DNA from: a virus
Length of the DNA: 64,000 nucleotides
Reading direction: 5' to 3' (one strand)
IMG/VR virus record: IMGVR_UViG_3300023109_001684
Shown: positions 58,801 through 64,000 of the stretch, piece by piece
Layout: each line of letters opens with the position of its first letter
Numbering within the stretch: position 1 is the stretch's first letter
Program-made: the position numbers and the translations under genes
Notes under the pieces: generated by a model
Seen by the model: the letters and a program-made list of their open reading frames with translations, nothing else
Database searches by the model: none
Told to the model about the DNA's origin: nothing

Positions 58801-59451
58801 TATAAGAGACTAGACAATGCGTTAAATATAACTTTACAAACAGATTTACTTAACGATGATTTGCGTATTAATGTAGTAGATACATCGCAATTACCTGATC
58901 CAGACAGACGTAATAATATTCCAGGTGTTGTTTTCATTAATGGCGAAAGAATAGAATATCTTGTAAAAGATAATAATTTGTTAAGACAGTTGCGTAGAGG
59001 TACATTAGGTACAGGTATTAAAGATATACATTATGCTGGTACAAAAATTGAACCAGCAGGTAGAGAGAAAAATATTCCGTATGCTGACAAAACGCATGTA
59101 CAAAATTTTATTGCAACACAGGGTCAAACAAATTTTGAATTAGACTTTGTACCGAATAGTGTAAATGAATTTGAAGTATTTGCAGCTGGTAAACGGTTAA
59201 GAAAAACAGCATTAGAAAAATTTGTAATAGGATCAGAATTAGATTCGCCCGAAGGCGATATAACACTTGCTCCTGAATTTACATTATCGGGTAGTACATT
59301 AGTACTTTTAACCCCAATTGAAGAAGATAAACGAGTAACAATAATTAGAAAAACAGGTCAAATATGGGGTCCAACAGGAACTCCTATAAAAGACTTACAA
59401 AATGACATTGGAAATTTCTTGCGCGGAAGCATAAGTGAATTACCTGAATAA
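43828..59451 (+). CDS. Giant baseplate/structural protein (5207 aa), positionally gp7-like
   Basis: Single uninterrupted ORF coupled to gp6 (TAATG); contains propeller-like (FG..VAIS), CBM-like, Y..PP.V and Ig-like V..NG repeats. Confidence 0.75.
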   Translation: MAYNKNQSQSPVPLNSNENRKSVDLLPKYFRTNANQKILSSTIDQMLQPGVATKVEGYYGRKTAKSFRANDTYINDVSEQRQNRQLEPAAVVTDDLGNVQFYKDYPDYINQISNFNGNVSNQSLLNSQEYYSWNPNIDWDKFVNFREYYWLPYGAQTVNVAGENNTVQSTYVVTAEEQDDNTVYLFSPPGFTPNPDLRLFRGQKYIFEINTPGHPFSFNTNLNFADVQYEIEIDNTGTYRLLTAESAGESISSVYIESMKAFDLDGNEIPPVNVEEGTIELTVAYEAPDRLYYASKTSINTSGLVKVFDIEENTSIDINDIIGKKTYRSANGVEFTNGLKVEFVGEVSPTQYATGAWYVEGVGEKIKLINEDNLTIPAAYVDDIQIEFDSEGFDRMPFENANSFAGVKDYIVINRSSVDRNPWSRYNRWFHRDVIEKSAEYNGQPAVIDQTFRATRPIIEFEAGLKLYQYGTQAKNDIDLIDTITKDVFSTIEGSLGYNIDGVDISEGMRILFAADTDILVKNKIYKVNFITVQDKGRIISLIEEADTTPLENETLLITNGTLQKGTSWYYDGTDWKQGQDKTATNQQPLFDLFDDTGNSISDKELYTSSDFTGNSIFSYVQNTQEATDSELGFGLSYKNIENLGDILFDFSLITESYTYQNNTVLSTIKSNALYLKKFRDRTNFTNQNGWSKGRKLSQQAVIRQYIAGDQVNNFAVDVFDNSGLLLDLDVKVILNNNIQKKDLHYTIDIINDVAFIRFENDLSVDDVLQLNCYSSATANSNGYYELAHNLERNPLNDDMASFTLGEVIDHVGTIVQNTNQYNGNVYPGSSNLRDLGDVDRFGTRFVKHSGPINLPLFHITNKEANVVKAIRYSRLEYAKFKRLFLQTANNLGYDGPVKQTVDKIFSTINAEKNDSMPFYFTDMVPVSGYLRTEHNVSSSDTNYYALNEIFSITSLTEKAVLVYLNGLQLTHGKDYTFNDEGFVNITATKAPGDIIEIYEYESTDGCYVPATPTKLGLYPKYQPKIFTDNTYIEPVTMIQGHDGSIVKAYDDFRDDLILELELRIFNNLKQAYNTNLLDIHDFIGGEYRDTKFTKKAIDKSYTADFIQWTTLAGNPDYTSNEYYIEGNSFTYNYKTMISPQGNQLPGWWRQVYIQAYDTDRPHTHPWEMLGFTIEPKWWKDEYGPSPYTRSNTLLWEDLQNGIIRDPSSAIKSNKKYSRPGLVNHIPVDDTGVLLSPLESNFAQNYVAGPTKELFGYGDGNPAETAWRKSAEYPFAVLLSWVLNQPAKVLGIGFDISRIKRDLVGNLVSTKTNNCIRLKDIVFPNTVKDNTRQTTSGLVNFVYNYLASNTTSNYKSYQNLISNINNRISLKVGGFTEQEKFKLILDSRTPLNKGNVFVPQENYKVFLNSSSPVTTISYSGVIVEKQSNGFIIRGYDREKATFEYKQPFVRANDPSINIGGISETFVEWSERKQYVKSQNVRFSGSFYRCKESHVSGTTIDVEKFQQIATLPLIGGSSAILRREFTTRELSIPYGTLLKTRQEVIDFLLGYEASLVEKGFEFNYYNDELSQVSNWSLSVKEFLFWTTQNWAAGSVLSLSPAASEITFSKDYCVVDDIFDKFYDYSLFKSDGTRLDKSFTSIVRDNQNTFGILPKNTQDGIYHIKLPLVQKEHVVLLDNETVFGDVIYDQPAGYRQERIKVVGYKSDGWTGGLNIPGFVYDEAIVDEWTSYKDYSIGSLVKYKEFYYVSTIDLTGVEKFNENDWERLDERPQPKMYPNFDYRINQFADFYDLDSDNFDVEQQKHAQHLIGYQKRQYLQNIINDDVSQYKFYQGMIQDKGTINSLDKLFDALSSADKDSIDFYEEWAIRAGQYGATDNFNEVEFIIDEDKIKIDPTTVQLVKSIPANDTDDIYKIIPNDVYYRPKDYNHKPFPTTNAPHIGVKTSGYVNDKDVVYKVKIKADLLQSLPSSIGISDYVWITGTTEDWDVLQHITTDYHVTSIEGFTELVDAIDRSASPAVKITFDRTTNFIPGDIVGLQQVGNGNWGFYQIEEINNTVAIASVQDRTLVNDSENLNGYVSILRSVRASSLDEANLILEKFKLHDQVIWLDGTSNNDWKVIKRQETFTDYNVIDNPYLVATETNFSNSMATSLGNTNLLVGDETVEDGVVHFYSRASSSNNLRNMGELTPETSAVFGIGVTNANPGVVTATDHNLQSGELVRFKEVSGMTALNNLEFYANVINENTISMYSDVGLTQSIDTTSYGTFISGLILKSNGYSLKSNFGHDVAISPDGKLAVVGAPNATNISDNIKGDFREAGPVGVADAEYKTGDIVKYNENYWKAVRNIPAENNAIEFSTFDSYAFFEETIQPLPETLVINFPLKDDGITVDQLGSFEQKEIVNVQSNNVSAIVEDIQIILNGSGNKVGERLTLSSPTGDIQQGDQIVGKESGASGIINTLEEAAPVNINSRQLTLILQGNPYLPNSVTDHILVRAPLDQYRATKPQDKIVLGWNRYTGFNRASDQYTSTELFTNSISLNNTGQPDSNNKTYVAPRSSFINNEHEIIHKVDHVLYIVNPLIVPEVNDTVDCSTGSAKVVKVISKVDRLVVYITETNGFFPTDSTVSLESVVIGDYTQPNNTTNNGLGGFWYIAAEADGYYNGNEFSDLSKFGIPAYGLVYKDVLVYDETNDSYSSTNRFYYNSLDNVGATPNKEPGHLQILSHRGDAYDAVSGVRDIKDSRWIIRAPAAASFSEDDEFRVWINTEEGINDLSKLDGQTGDQVVLKVNNNEHNDLPHIVNDIWDGYIDILLTAKQTADIDVPSDIDTDISDYFEPSVGDYIEDGVTGARAQVVHYIKRNIADVRVYVKDITITNTGFQNRNDIRVDFTPYSLGRRPMGQIQKVSIAGTGHDSSLGKFLVVTASTAPKFYDSSENPAGYTPENYFNSNPSLFTFDPHPDSYGSTDATKDLNVFGYINKEYWIYSEKTDEAGATLSASYPASTNRDWTLTNNIPIIGTGTSGFYNNSGVFMVYTKAGTEWQRRGTYTVPVTTNNAEYNPASPQTTVEQLGKQVEISQEKDLYRIFVSSKDKVFVIKHGVDNNDIEYNFALDIDNRYRGTYSTLVPYAKDEIVLFEGNLYQSKTFSFAVPTTNTNNWILLDQNIQNNFFVPNTNVGNIYSDTLFDSVDTVLDFSKDMAVSEDGQVLVISIQTNTTSDADNKVVIYRLNSEGRYIWSQTLVAPTSNTQWASSIDVTPNGNTLVVGDPGNDDNGYDTGKVYVYTRIGTSFVLTDTLIGNETELARKFGTKVSATEDIIAISSFNGDITANTTYDDDTTILDNRFTKFVNTQIDSGSVTLYEKFDNGYIFAEELEYSNIKSSRFAETLLINRNHIYVGCAGQPASEDVINDGQVINYISPKGTKSWNVIRSANPVVDTTKIRKVFLYNRKTGQLVKNLDYVDIHQGKIPGPAEQELTFKSSIDLAKYNVTSDINIFNDTDNWESNYVGKLWWDISTARFHNHYQGEPLEQAQTWHSMISTYSIDVYEWVESSLLPSEWDAQADTPEGYAKGISGQTKYSDAAYSQKLTYDNVSKSFGTKYFYWVKNKLTIPSDQSRTISAGQVSSLIGNPKAQGYQFAALLSNDRFVLYNCQSLFKDDDIVLHVDYYTLDNQEQNIHTQYQLISQGLETSEPSAEISQKWIDSLVGYDVQGRHVPDNDLTVREKYGINYQPRQSWFINRHEALKQVVERANSVLKENIIVDDFDFTRLTSKDTPPSTYKREYDVVIDTIDDLQFVGTAKARPAIVDLIVNEGVVTRARILDRGRSYKDINGTLKGPSYNIVGAGSDLEIATTINNIDGSLASIEILNGGTNFEDTTQLLFRKLRVLVNNDETANGRWSIYEWNHIDLIWERVQVQSYNTGNYWNYTNWFAAGYNQFTTINHLVSQSYELENVDDRIGDITKISNIGSGGWLLLQKTADTGSRNYTDDYTTIGRENGTIEIDPAVYTVSTNASGFDSFTFDGNFYDNEPNVEIRNILDALRYDILVDNLRSEYNELFFSSIRYVLSEQPNVDWVFKTSFVKAKHNVGELREDITFNNDNLPSYNEYIEEVKPYKTNIREYLSSYERTDNTNTLTSDFDVPPIYQDGKIVPSNLKVRGNQFIGSEGRFNEYPDKNWYDNAGYKITSVEIYDGGNSYTYPPKVIFEGGGGTGAVAHSYIARGKVNKIEITNPGSGYTSAPTVILEGSVQDGGETAIATAILGETLTKTMHVAMKFDRTSKTFVYNVLPEIETFTGTAAKLVFDLKYPMDLRTNKLEIIIDGEKQLRSQYTYENVKDTTKSYTRSLGRINFVTPPALNSVITVSYSKDVSMLNAADRVTNFYDPTTGMLGAELSQVMTGIDFGGVEVRSFDFDTESGWDTDGWFTTPWDTYDNTYEDHVFYADGTTIIIELDSALEDGVTYNIYRNGVRIDDSNYPANPTNPNAIMTSIVGDGQQTLINLAELGIDLNTDDILIVRKITSEGTVNPDTDSYDTQLSGGQLNYGNAGGTASEDIIVDGDLFVTPNNAAGTEELVAGQVLDTVDIKVFERSGTGTGQIYSQNFITDGTTVYDLVIQPNSPDAVIVKINSNIVHDYTIDLKQNTLTFTSAPTVDQLLTILTIGKNGQNILDIDSHVADGSTTIFETSVAWQDDLQIVTTIDGEAHSPEAVNARKSANNRVEFEFTVSTEAGSTLEYEIYSNKDEINYSKVAKSVLVATGGTKTYTLPVTPLYSKPEGFYTIVEVDNKVLMPGYSRQFTIDSPLTREYEFEKFQVAVSTLQPSLLKVYLNDTLLNQGTQYLVNIGNSSIILDPGILKLGDKLELFTMDLADYIIEGNVLTFTDNFAGPQQDDIINVYTFSNHGVNEIERYSYTALARSSLTVGTDEFTRFHSILGGKIRLNDPAIASQYVWTIINGELLQPNVDYSLSDDKQHVILNTQLTENDTVDVIHFSAPLSTPKIAWRQFQDILNRNMYKRLDNALNITLQTDLLNDDLRINVVDTSQLPDPDRRNNIPGVVFINGERIEYLVKDNNLLRQLRRGTLGTGIKDIHYAGTKIEPAGREKNIPYADKTHVQNFIATQGQTNFELDFVPNSVNEFEVFAAGKRLRKTALEKFVIGSELDSPEGDITLAPEFTLSGSTLVLLTPIEEDKRVTIIRKTGQIWGPTGTPIKDLQNDIGNFLRGSISELPE

Positions 59452-59454
59452 ATA
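59447..59454 (+). promoter_or_regulatory. T4-type late promoter (AATAAATA)
   Basis: Overlaps the stop of the giant gene; SD AGGAG follows. Confidence 0.6.
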
Positions 59455-59477
59455 CACTAGCAGGAGTAAACAAACTA

Positions 59478-60089
59478 ATGATTAATGAAAACAGTGGCGT
59501 ATATTTACAAGGACATATAAAGATTCACAATCCTGAATCTGGTGAAGTTTTTGTAGACAAAAAGAACGCAATACATTACGAAAATATGAGTATTGCATTA
59601 GCAGAGAGTTTGGGCAATTCAGGACAAGGCCCAATCGCAGAGATGAGCTTTGGTAATGGCGGTACAAATGTTGACCCAACCGGAATTATTACATATTTGA
59701 CACCAAATAGTACCGGCACAAATGCAGGATTATATAACCAAACATTTACAAAAATTGTAGATGATAGAAATAAGAATAATATTGATCCTACTAGAAACAA
59801 AATTGAAACTAGACACTTAAATGGTACAAACTATACTGATATTTTAGTTACATGTTTACTTGATTATGGTGAACCAGATGGACAAGATGCTTTTGATACT
59901 GCCACTGATCAAGATGCGCTTTATGTCTTTGACGAATTAGGATTACGTTCTACAAGTTCTACAGGAAGTTTAGGCGGAGGTAGACTGCTTACCCACGTTG
60001 TTTTTCATCCTGTACAAAAATCATTAAACAGACTTATACAAATTGATTATACTGTTAGAGTGCAAAGTCTAAGCGGAGGTAATTCGTAA
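59478..60089 (+). CDS. Baseplate-associated structural protein (203 aa)
   Basis: ORF track; FDELGL and LTHVVFHPVQKS..R...I.Y motifs; operon context. Confidence 0.7.
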   Translation: MINENSGVYLQGHIKIHNPESGEVFVDKKNAIHYENMSIALAESLGNSGQGPIAEMSFGNGGTNVDPTGIITYLTPNSTGTNAGLYNQTFTKIVDDRNKNNIDPTRNKIETRHLNGTNYTDILVTCLLDYGEPDGQDAFDTATDQDALYVFDELGLRSTSSTGSLGGGRLLTHVVFHPVQKSLNRLIQIDYTVRVQSLSGGNS

Positions 60090-62179
60090 TGCCTTATACC
60101 GTTAGATTTACTGACAACATTAATAAGGGTGAGCTCATTGTTGAAGACAGAGAAATTAATACTGATACAAGTTTAAGATTTCCTGGAAAACAAAGTACAA
60201 GTTACGGCCAAGATATTGCTGAAAACTTTTTACACTTATTAGAAAACTTTGCTGCACCAAATCCACCAGCTAATCCTGCTGAAGGACAAGTTTGGTATGA
60301 TAATTCGACAACTGTTAATCAACTTAAAGTTTATGATGGAACAAACTGGGTTGCAAGCGGCGGCGTTAAAAAAGGTAATAATCAACCTGATATAGATACT
60401 AGTATCAAAGGCGACCTTTGGGTTGATACTGCTAACCAACAATTATATCTTAATAATGGCGGAGCATGGATATTAGTAGGACCTGAATTTAGTCAAGGGC
60501 TTGCTACAGGTGTAAGAGCAGAGCAAATTTTAGGAACAGATGACCGATTATACACAATATTAAGAATTGAAGTTGATAATAATCCAGTAGCAATTGTTTC
60601 GCAACAAGGATTTACACCAAAAGTTACAATTAGAGGATTTACAAAATTAAGTCCTGGGTACAATTTAAGCACAAGAAATTTTGAAAATGGTGTACCTAAA
60701 TACAACGGTATTGCACAAAGTGCAGAATCCCTTGTTATAAGCAATTCTAATGTTCCTGCTGAAAATTTCCTTAGAGGAGATGTTAACAGCACAAGTACTA
60801 GTACCTTGAAAATCAAGAATAACCAAGGTATTACTGTAGGTGAAAACGGACAAGTTACTATAGGCGCAGCAAATGATCGTGCTTTGATACGAAATAACTT
60901 TACAGGTGCAAGTATAGACGTACAACTTAAAGAAGCGTCAGGTAATTACAAAACTATAATTCGAACAATTAATGATTCTGTAGGTATTGCTAATGAAGAT
61001 CCGCAAGCAACTTTAGATGTTTCGGGAGATTTAAAGGTTTTAACTAATGTTAGTATTTCTGGAACAGACGATGCTGACGTACTATTTAATGATGATTATT
61101 CCTCAGGAGCATTAGTGTTAGCTGGCGGCGCAAGCATTGCAGGTAATATGAAAGTAGCAGGAGATACAACATTTGCATCACAGATAAAAGTTGCAGGTAA
61201 CATATCTACTGATCCTGATTTAGATGCTGCTAGTCTTCCTACTTTAACTGGATTTAGTTTAATCGAAGCAACTAGATTCTCAGGAGTATTTGACGGTACA
61301 TTTGAAGGTACAGTTACAGGTGCTTCGTCAGAGGCATCAAAACTAACAAACGCAACTGAATTTAGGATGTTAGGTGATGTTAGTTCTGAATCGTTTACAT
61401 TTGACGGAGCAGGATCGCTTATTAAAACATTTACTACAAGTATTGCTCCAGGATTTGTTTCTGATAAACCACTGACAGATACAGTTGAAACTAGTGACGA
61501 AATATTAATTAATAGAGTAGTAGGAGATCAAGACGGTCTACATAGGATTACACAAGCTAATCTTATTTCTACTGTACCAAGAAATCCTGTTGGTATGATT
61601 GTTCCATTTGCTGGATTAATAGCTCCAGCGGGATGGTTAATTTGCGATGGTAGAGAAATACAAATACAAGTATACCAAGAATTATTTAGTATTATACAAT
61701 ATAATTTTAAAGATGCAAGTCAGCTAGTAAATTCTTTAGCAACACATTTTGCATTACCAGATTTTAGAGGAAGATTTTTACTAGGTGCAGATACAATGGG
61801 CGGCGTCCCGGCACAAACAACACAGAATGTTGCTGCAAGTTTTGTAGGCGGAAAAGCAGGCACTGAGAGTAAAACAATTAAGAAAAATAACTTACCTGCA
61901 CACGAACACAGTTTAGTTTCACCGGGCGGCATACAACATTATGCTATTAGAGATGATTTACCGGCTGAAGAGGATCAAAGTAATAACGTTCCGTCATTAA
62001 GTATACCAACAGGTGCAGAAAACGTAAGTGGTATACCATCATCAGGTCAAATCCGAGGCGGCGGTATAGATGCTAATGATCAATATAACACTGTAGATAA
62101 CGAACTCGTAGGTAGAAACTTAGATATTATGCCTCCCTATGCAACTGTTAATTATATTATATTTGCAAACAAGGAATAA
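60089..62179 (+). CDS. Baseplate wedge/short tail fibre protein with tail-collar domain (696 aa)
   Basis: PVGMIVPFAG..AP.GWLICDG...F.LPDFRGRF tail-collar motif; C-terminal PPY.TVNYII. Confidence 0.8.
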   Translation: MPYTVRFTDNINKGELIVEDREINTDTSLRFPGKQSTSYGQDIAENFLHLLENFAAPNPPANPAEGQVWYDNSTTVNQLKVYDGTNWVASGGVKKGNNQPDIDTSIKGDLWVDTANQQLYLNNGGAWILVGPEFSQGLATGVRAEQILGTDDRLYTILRIEVDNNPVAIVSQQGFTPKVTIRGFTKLSPGYNLSTRNFENGVPKYNGIAQSAESLVISNSNVPAENFLRGDVNSTSTSTLKIKNNQGITVGENGQVTIGAANDRALIRNNFTGASIDVQLKEASGNYKTIIRTINDSVGIANEDPQATLDVSGDLKVLTNVSISGTDDADVLFNDDYSSGALVLAGGASIAGNMKVAGDTTFASQIKVAGNISTDPDLDAASLPTLTGFSLIEATRFSGVFDGTFEGTVTGASSEASKLTNATEFRMLGDVSSESFTFDGAGSLIKTFTTSIAPGFVSDKPLTDTVETSDEILINRVVGDQDGLHRITQANLISTVPRNPVGMIVPFAGLIAPAGWLICDGREIQIQVYQELFSIIQYNFKDASQLVNSLATHFALPDFRGRFLLGADTMGGVPAQTTQNVAASFVGGKAGTESKTIKKNNLPAHEHSLVSPGGIQHYAIRDDLPAEEDQSNNVPSLSIPTGAENVSGIPSSGQIRGGGIDANDQYNTVDNELVGRNLDIMPPYATVNYIIFANKE

Positions 62180-62189
62180 GGAAAAATAA

Positions 62190-64000
62190 ATGGCATATCA
62201 AGTAAACAAAACAGACGGTACACTACTTGTAGATTTAATCGACGGGATTATTGATACAAGTACTACAGATTTAAGTTTAGTAGGTAGAAACTACAAAGGA
62301 TATGGTGAATCTTTCAATGAAAACTTTGTAAAACTTTTAGAAAATTTTTCTAATCCAAACGAACCAGTAAGTCCAATACAAGGACAACTTTGGTATGATA
62401 CTAGCGAAAACAAACTTAAAATTTATGACGGAACAGTATTTCAAAGTGCTGCGGGTAGTTACATCAGTAACTTACAACCTAGCGGTGCTATACAAGGAGA
62501 TACTTGGTACGATACAACAAAAAATCAATTTTACTTATACTCTGGTTTAGAGTGGACATTAATAGGTCCATCTTATACTAAAAATCAAGGGCAAACAGGT
62601 GTATTTGCAGACACTATATTTGATAGCGGACTACGAGGACGCACAGTATTAAAACTTTTTGTAAACAATTCCTTACAAGCAGTAATAAGTGCAGGCACAG
62701 ACTTCAATCCTAACCCTTTACCTGGAAACATAATTTCTGAATTAGTAACAGAGTCTAATCCTGCAGGAACTATTAAACGTGGAGTAAATATTCTTCCTAG
62801 TACTAGTGACACAATTGATGATTTTAAGTTTAGAGGAACATCTCTTAACTCTGAAAATTTAGTTAGTGCTGTAGGAGAAATTATTCCTGAATCTAGACTG
62901 TTGAAGAATGACGAAAATGGAGTAATTCAAGGTAGTTTAGAACTGCAATCAAGCCAAGGATTAACAGTAGGTGTTAACGGCGAAACAACACATGTTATTG
63001 AAAATGGTTATACTATACGAAATACTAGAGCAAATCAAGATTTTAATATTGTAGTTAACTCTAGTGGCGGCGTGTTAACATCTTTAAGTCAGTCAAACGC
63101 ATTAACTATTAAATCTAACACACAACGAGTTGGTATTTTTAACGGTAATCCTAGCTATAACTTAGATGTTACTGGAGACGTGCGTGTTACTGGAAACTTA
63201 ACAGTTGAAGGCGATAGCGTAACAACTAATGTCGAAACTGTAGAAGTTGAGGACAAAAACATTGTACTTGGTAACGTTACTACTCCTACAGATCTTACAG
63301 CAGCAGATGGCGGCATTACGTTAAAAGGTGCTACTGACAAAACTTTTAATTGGGTAAACGGCAGCGATAGTTGGACGTCAAGTGAAAATATTGATTTAGC
63401 AAACAATAAATCTTACAAAATTAATAATGTTAATATTTTATCACAAACAACAATAGCAAGTAGTGTTGTTAACAGTAATCTACAAAACTTAGGCACACTA
63501 ACACAACTAAATGTTGACACTACTAGAATAGACGGAAGTACACTGTCAAGATCGTCTGGTACAGGATTTACAATAAACGTAGGCGGCGACATTGATGTTT
63601 CTGCTAGTAAAATTACAAATTTATTAACACCAACAGCCGGTGCAGACGCAACTAATAAAACCTACGTAGATACACAAAACTTAACACAGCGAATTATATT
63701 TGGACTTGATACAACAGGTTGGGCATCAACAACAAACGATCAGATAATTTTATTGCTAACTAATTTATATCCTGTGGCACAAGTAAACAACGGTAAACAA
63801 GCAAGAGTAGCTTGTACATTCTATGGTAACCAAACTACTGATCCGATAAACATATCAGGATCTACAGTAGTAAGTACTGTAGATGTTGAGCCTGTAGGTG
63901 GCACAGGAAGTCCAGTTACAGTAGTACAAGGTATTACATTACCAAATTCACTTACAACAGCAGTAACGCTAGTAGTTTCACGAGAAACTAGAGCATTTAT
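62190..64000 (+). CDS. Baseplate/fibre protein paralogous to 60089-62179, partial (runs off window end)
   Basis: ATG at 62190 gives MAYQVNKTDG...GRNYKGYGE.FNENFVKLLENF...GQLWYD; absent from the ORF track because it is open-ended. Confidence 0.8.
   Translation, partial: MAYQVNKTDGTLLVDLIDGIIDTSTTDLSLVGRNYKGYGESFNENFVKLLENFSNPNEPVSPIQGQLWYDTSENKLKIYDGTVFQSAAGSYISNLQPSGAIQGDTWYDTTKNQFYLYSGLEWTLIGPSYTKNQGQTGVFADTIFDSGLRGRTVLKLFVNNSLQAVISAGTDFNPNPLPGNIISELVTESNPAGTIKRGVNILPSTSDTIDDFKFRGTSLNSENLVSAVGEIIPESRLLKNDENGVIQGSLELQSSQGLTVGVNGETTHVIENGYTIRNTRANQDFNIVVNSSGGVLTSLSQSNALTIKSNTQRVGIFNGNPSYNLDVTGDVRVTGNLTVEGDSVTTNVETVEVEDKNIVLGNVTTPTDLTAADGGITLKGATDKTFNWVNGSDSWTSSENIDLANNKSYKINNVNILSQTTIASSVVNSNLQNLGTLTQLNVDTTRIDGSTLSRSSGTGFTINVGGDIDVSASKITNLLTPTAGADATNKTYVDTQNLTQRIIFGLDTTGWASTTNDQIILLLTNLYPVAQVNNGKQARVACTFYGNQTTDPINISGSTVVSTVDVEPVGGTGSPVTVVQGITLPNSLTTAVTLVVSRETRAF

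Noticed and set aside
1-64000. Stop-codon reassignment as seen in some large phages
   Set aside because: Genes are full length under code 11, and TAA, TAG (20249) and TGA (28749, 31585) all terminate genes.

Overview
AT-rich segment of a large T4-like (jumbo-type) myophage genome. It is almost entirely virion morphogenesis genes. On the minus strand (1-25.5 kb) lie tail-fibre-like proteins, a T4-order head module (portal, core proteins, prohead protease, scaffold, major capsid protein) and a tape-measure-like gene. A small early island (28-32.4 kb, minus) encodes a gp55-like late sigma factor, gp47/gp46 recombination nuclease and a GIY-YIG nuclease. A plus-strand baseplate operon (32.5-64 kb) includes a 5207-aa giant protein. 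Consensus sigma70 promoters and T4-type late promoters (NNTAAATA) are readable by eye. Non-obvious signals: (1) a ~450-560 nt, heavily base-paired, pseudoknotted non-coding RNA directly downstream of the GIY-YIG gene, with its own sigma70 promoter and a 5' segment that is a degenerate copy of the nuclease gene's 3' end; (2) a programmed -1 frameshift (T TTT TTC plus a 14-bp hairpin) joining the gp26-like gene to a start-less ORF next to the tape measure gene; (3) a second stand-alone ~240-nt structured RNA downstream of the capsid gene; (4) structured 5' leaders on two late genes; (5) a glycosyltransferase-like gene inside the head module. All protein assignments come from motif recognition and synteny, not database searches.
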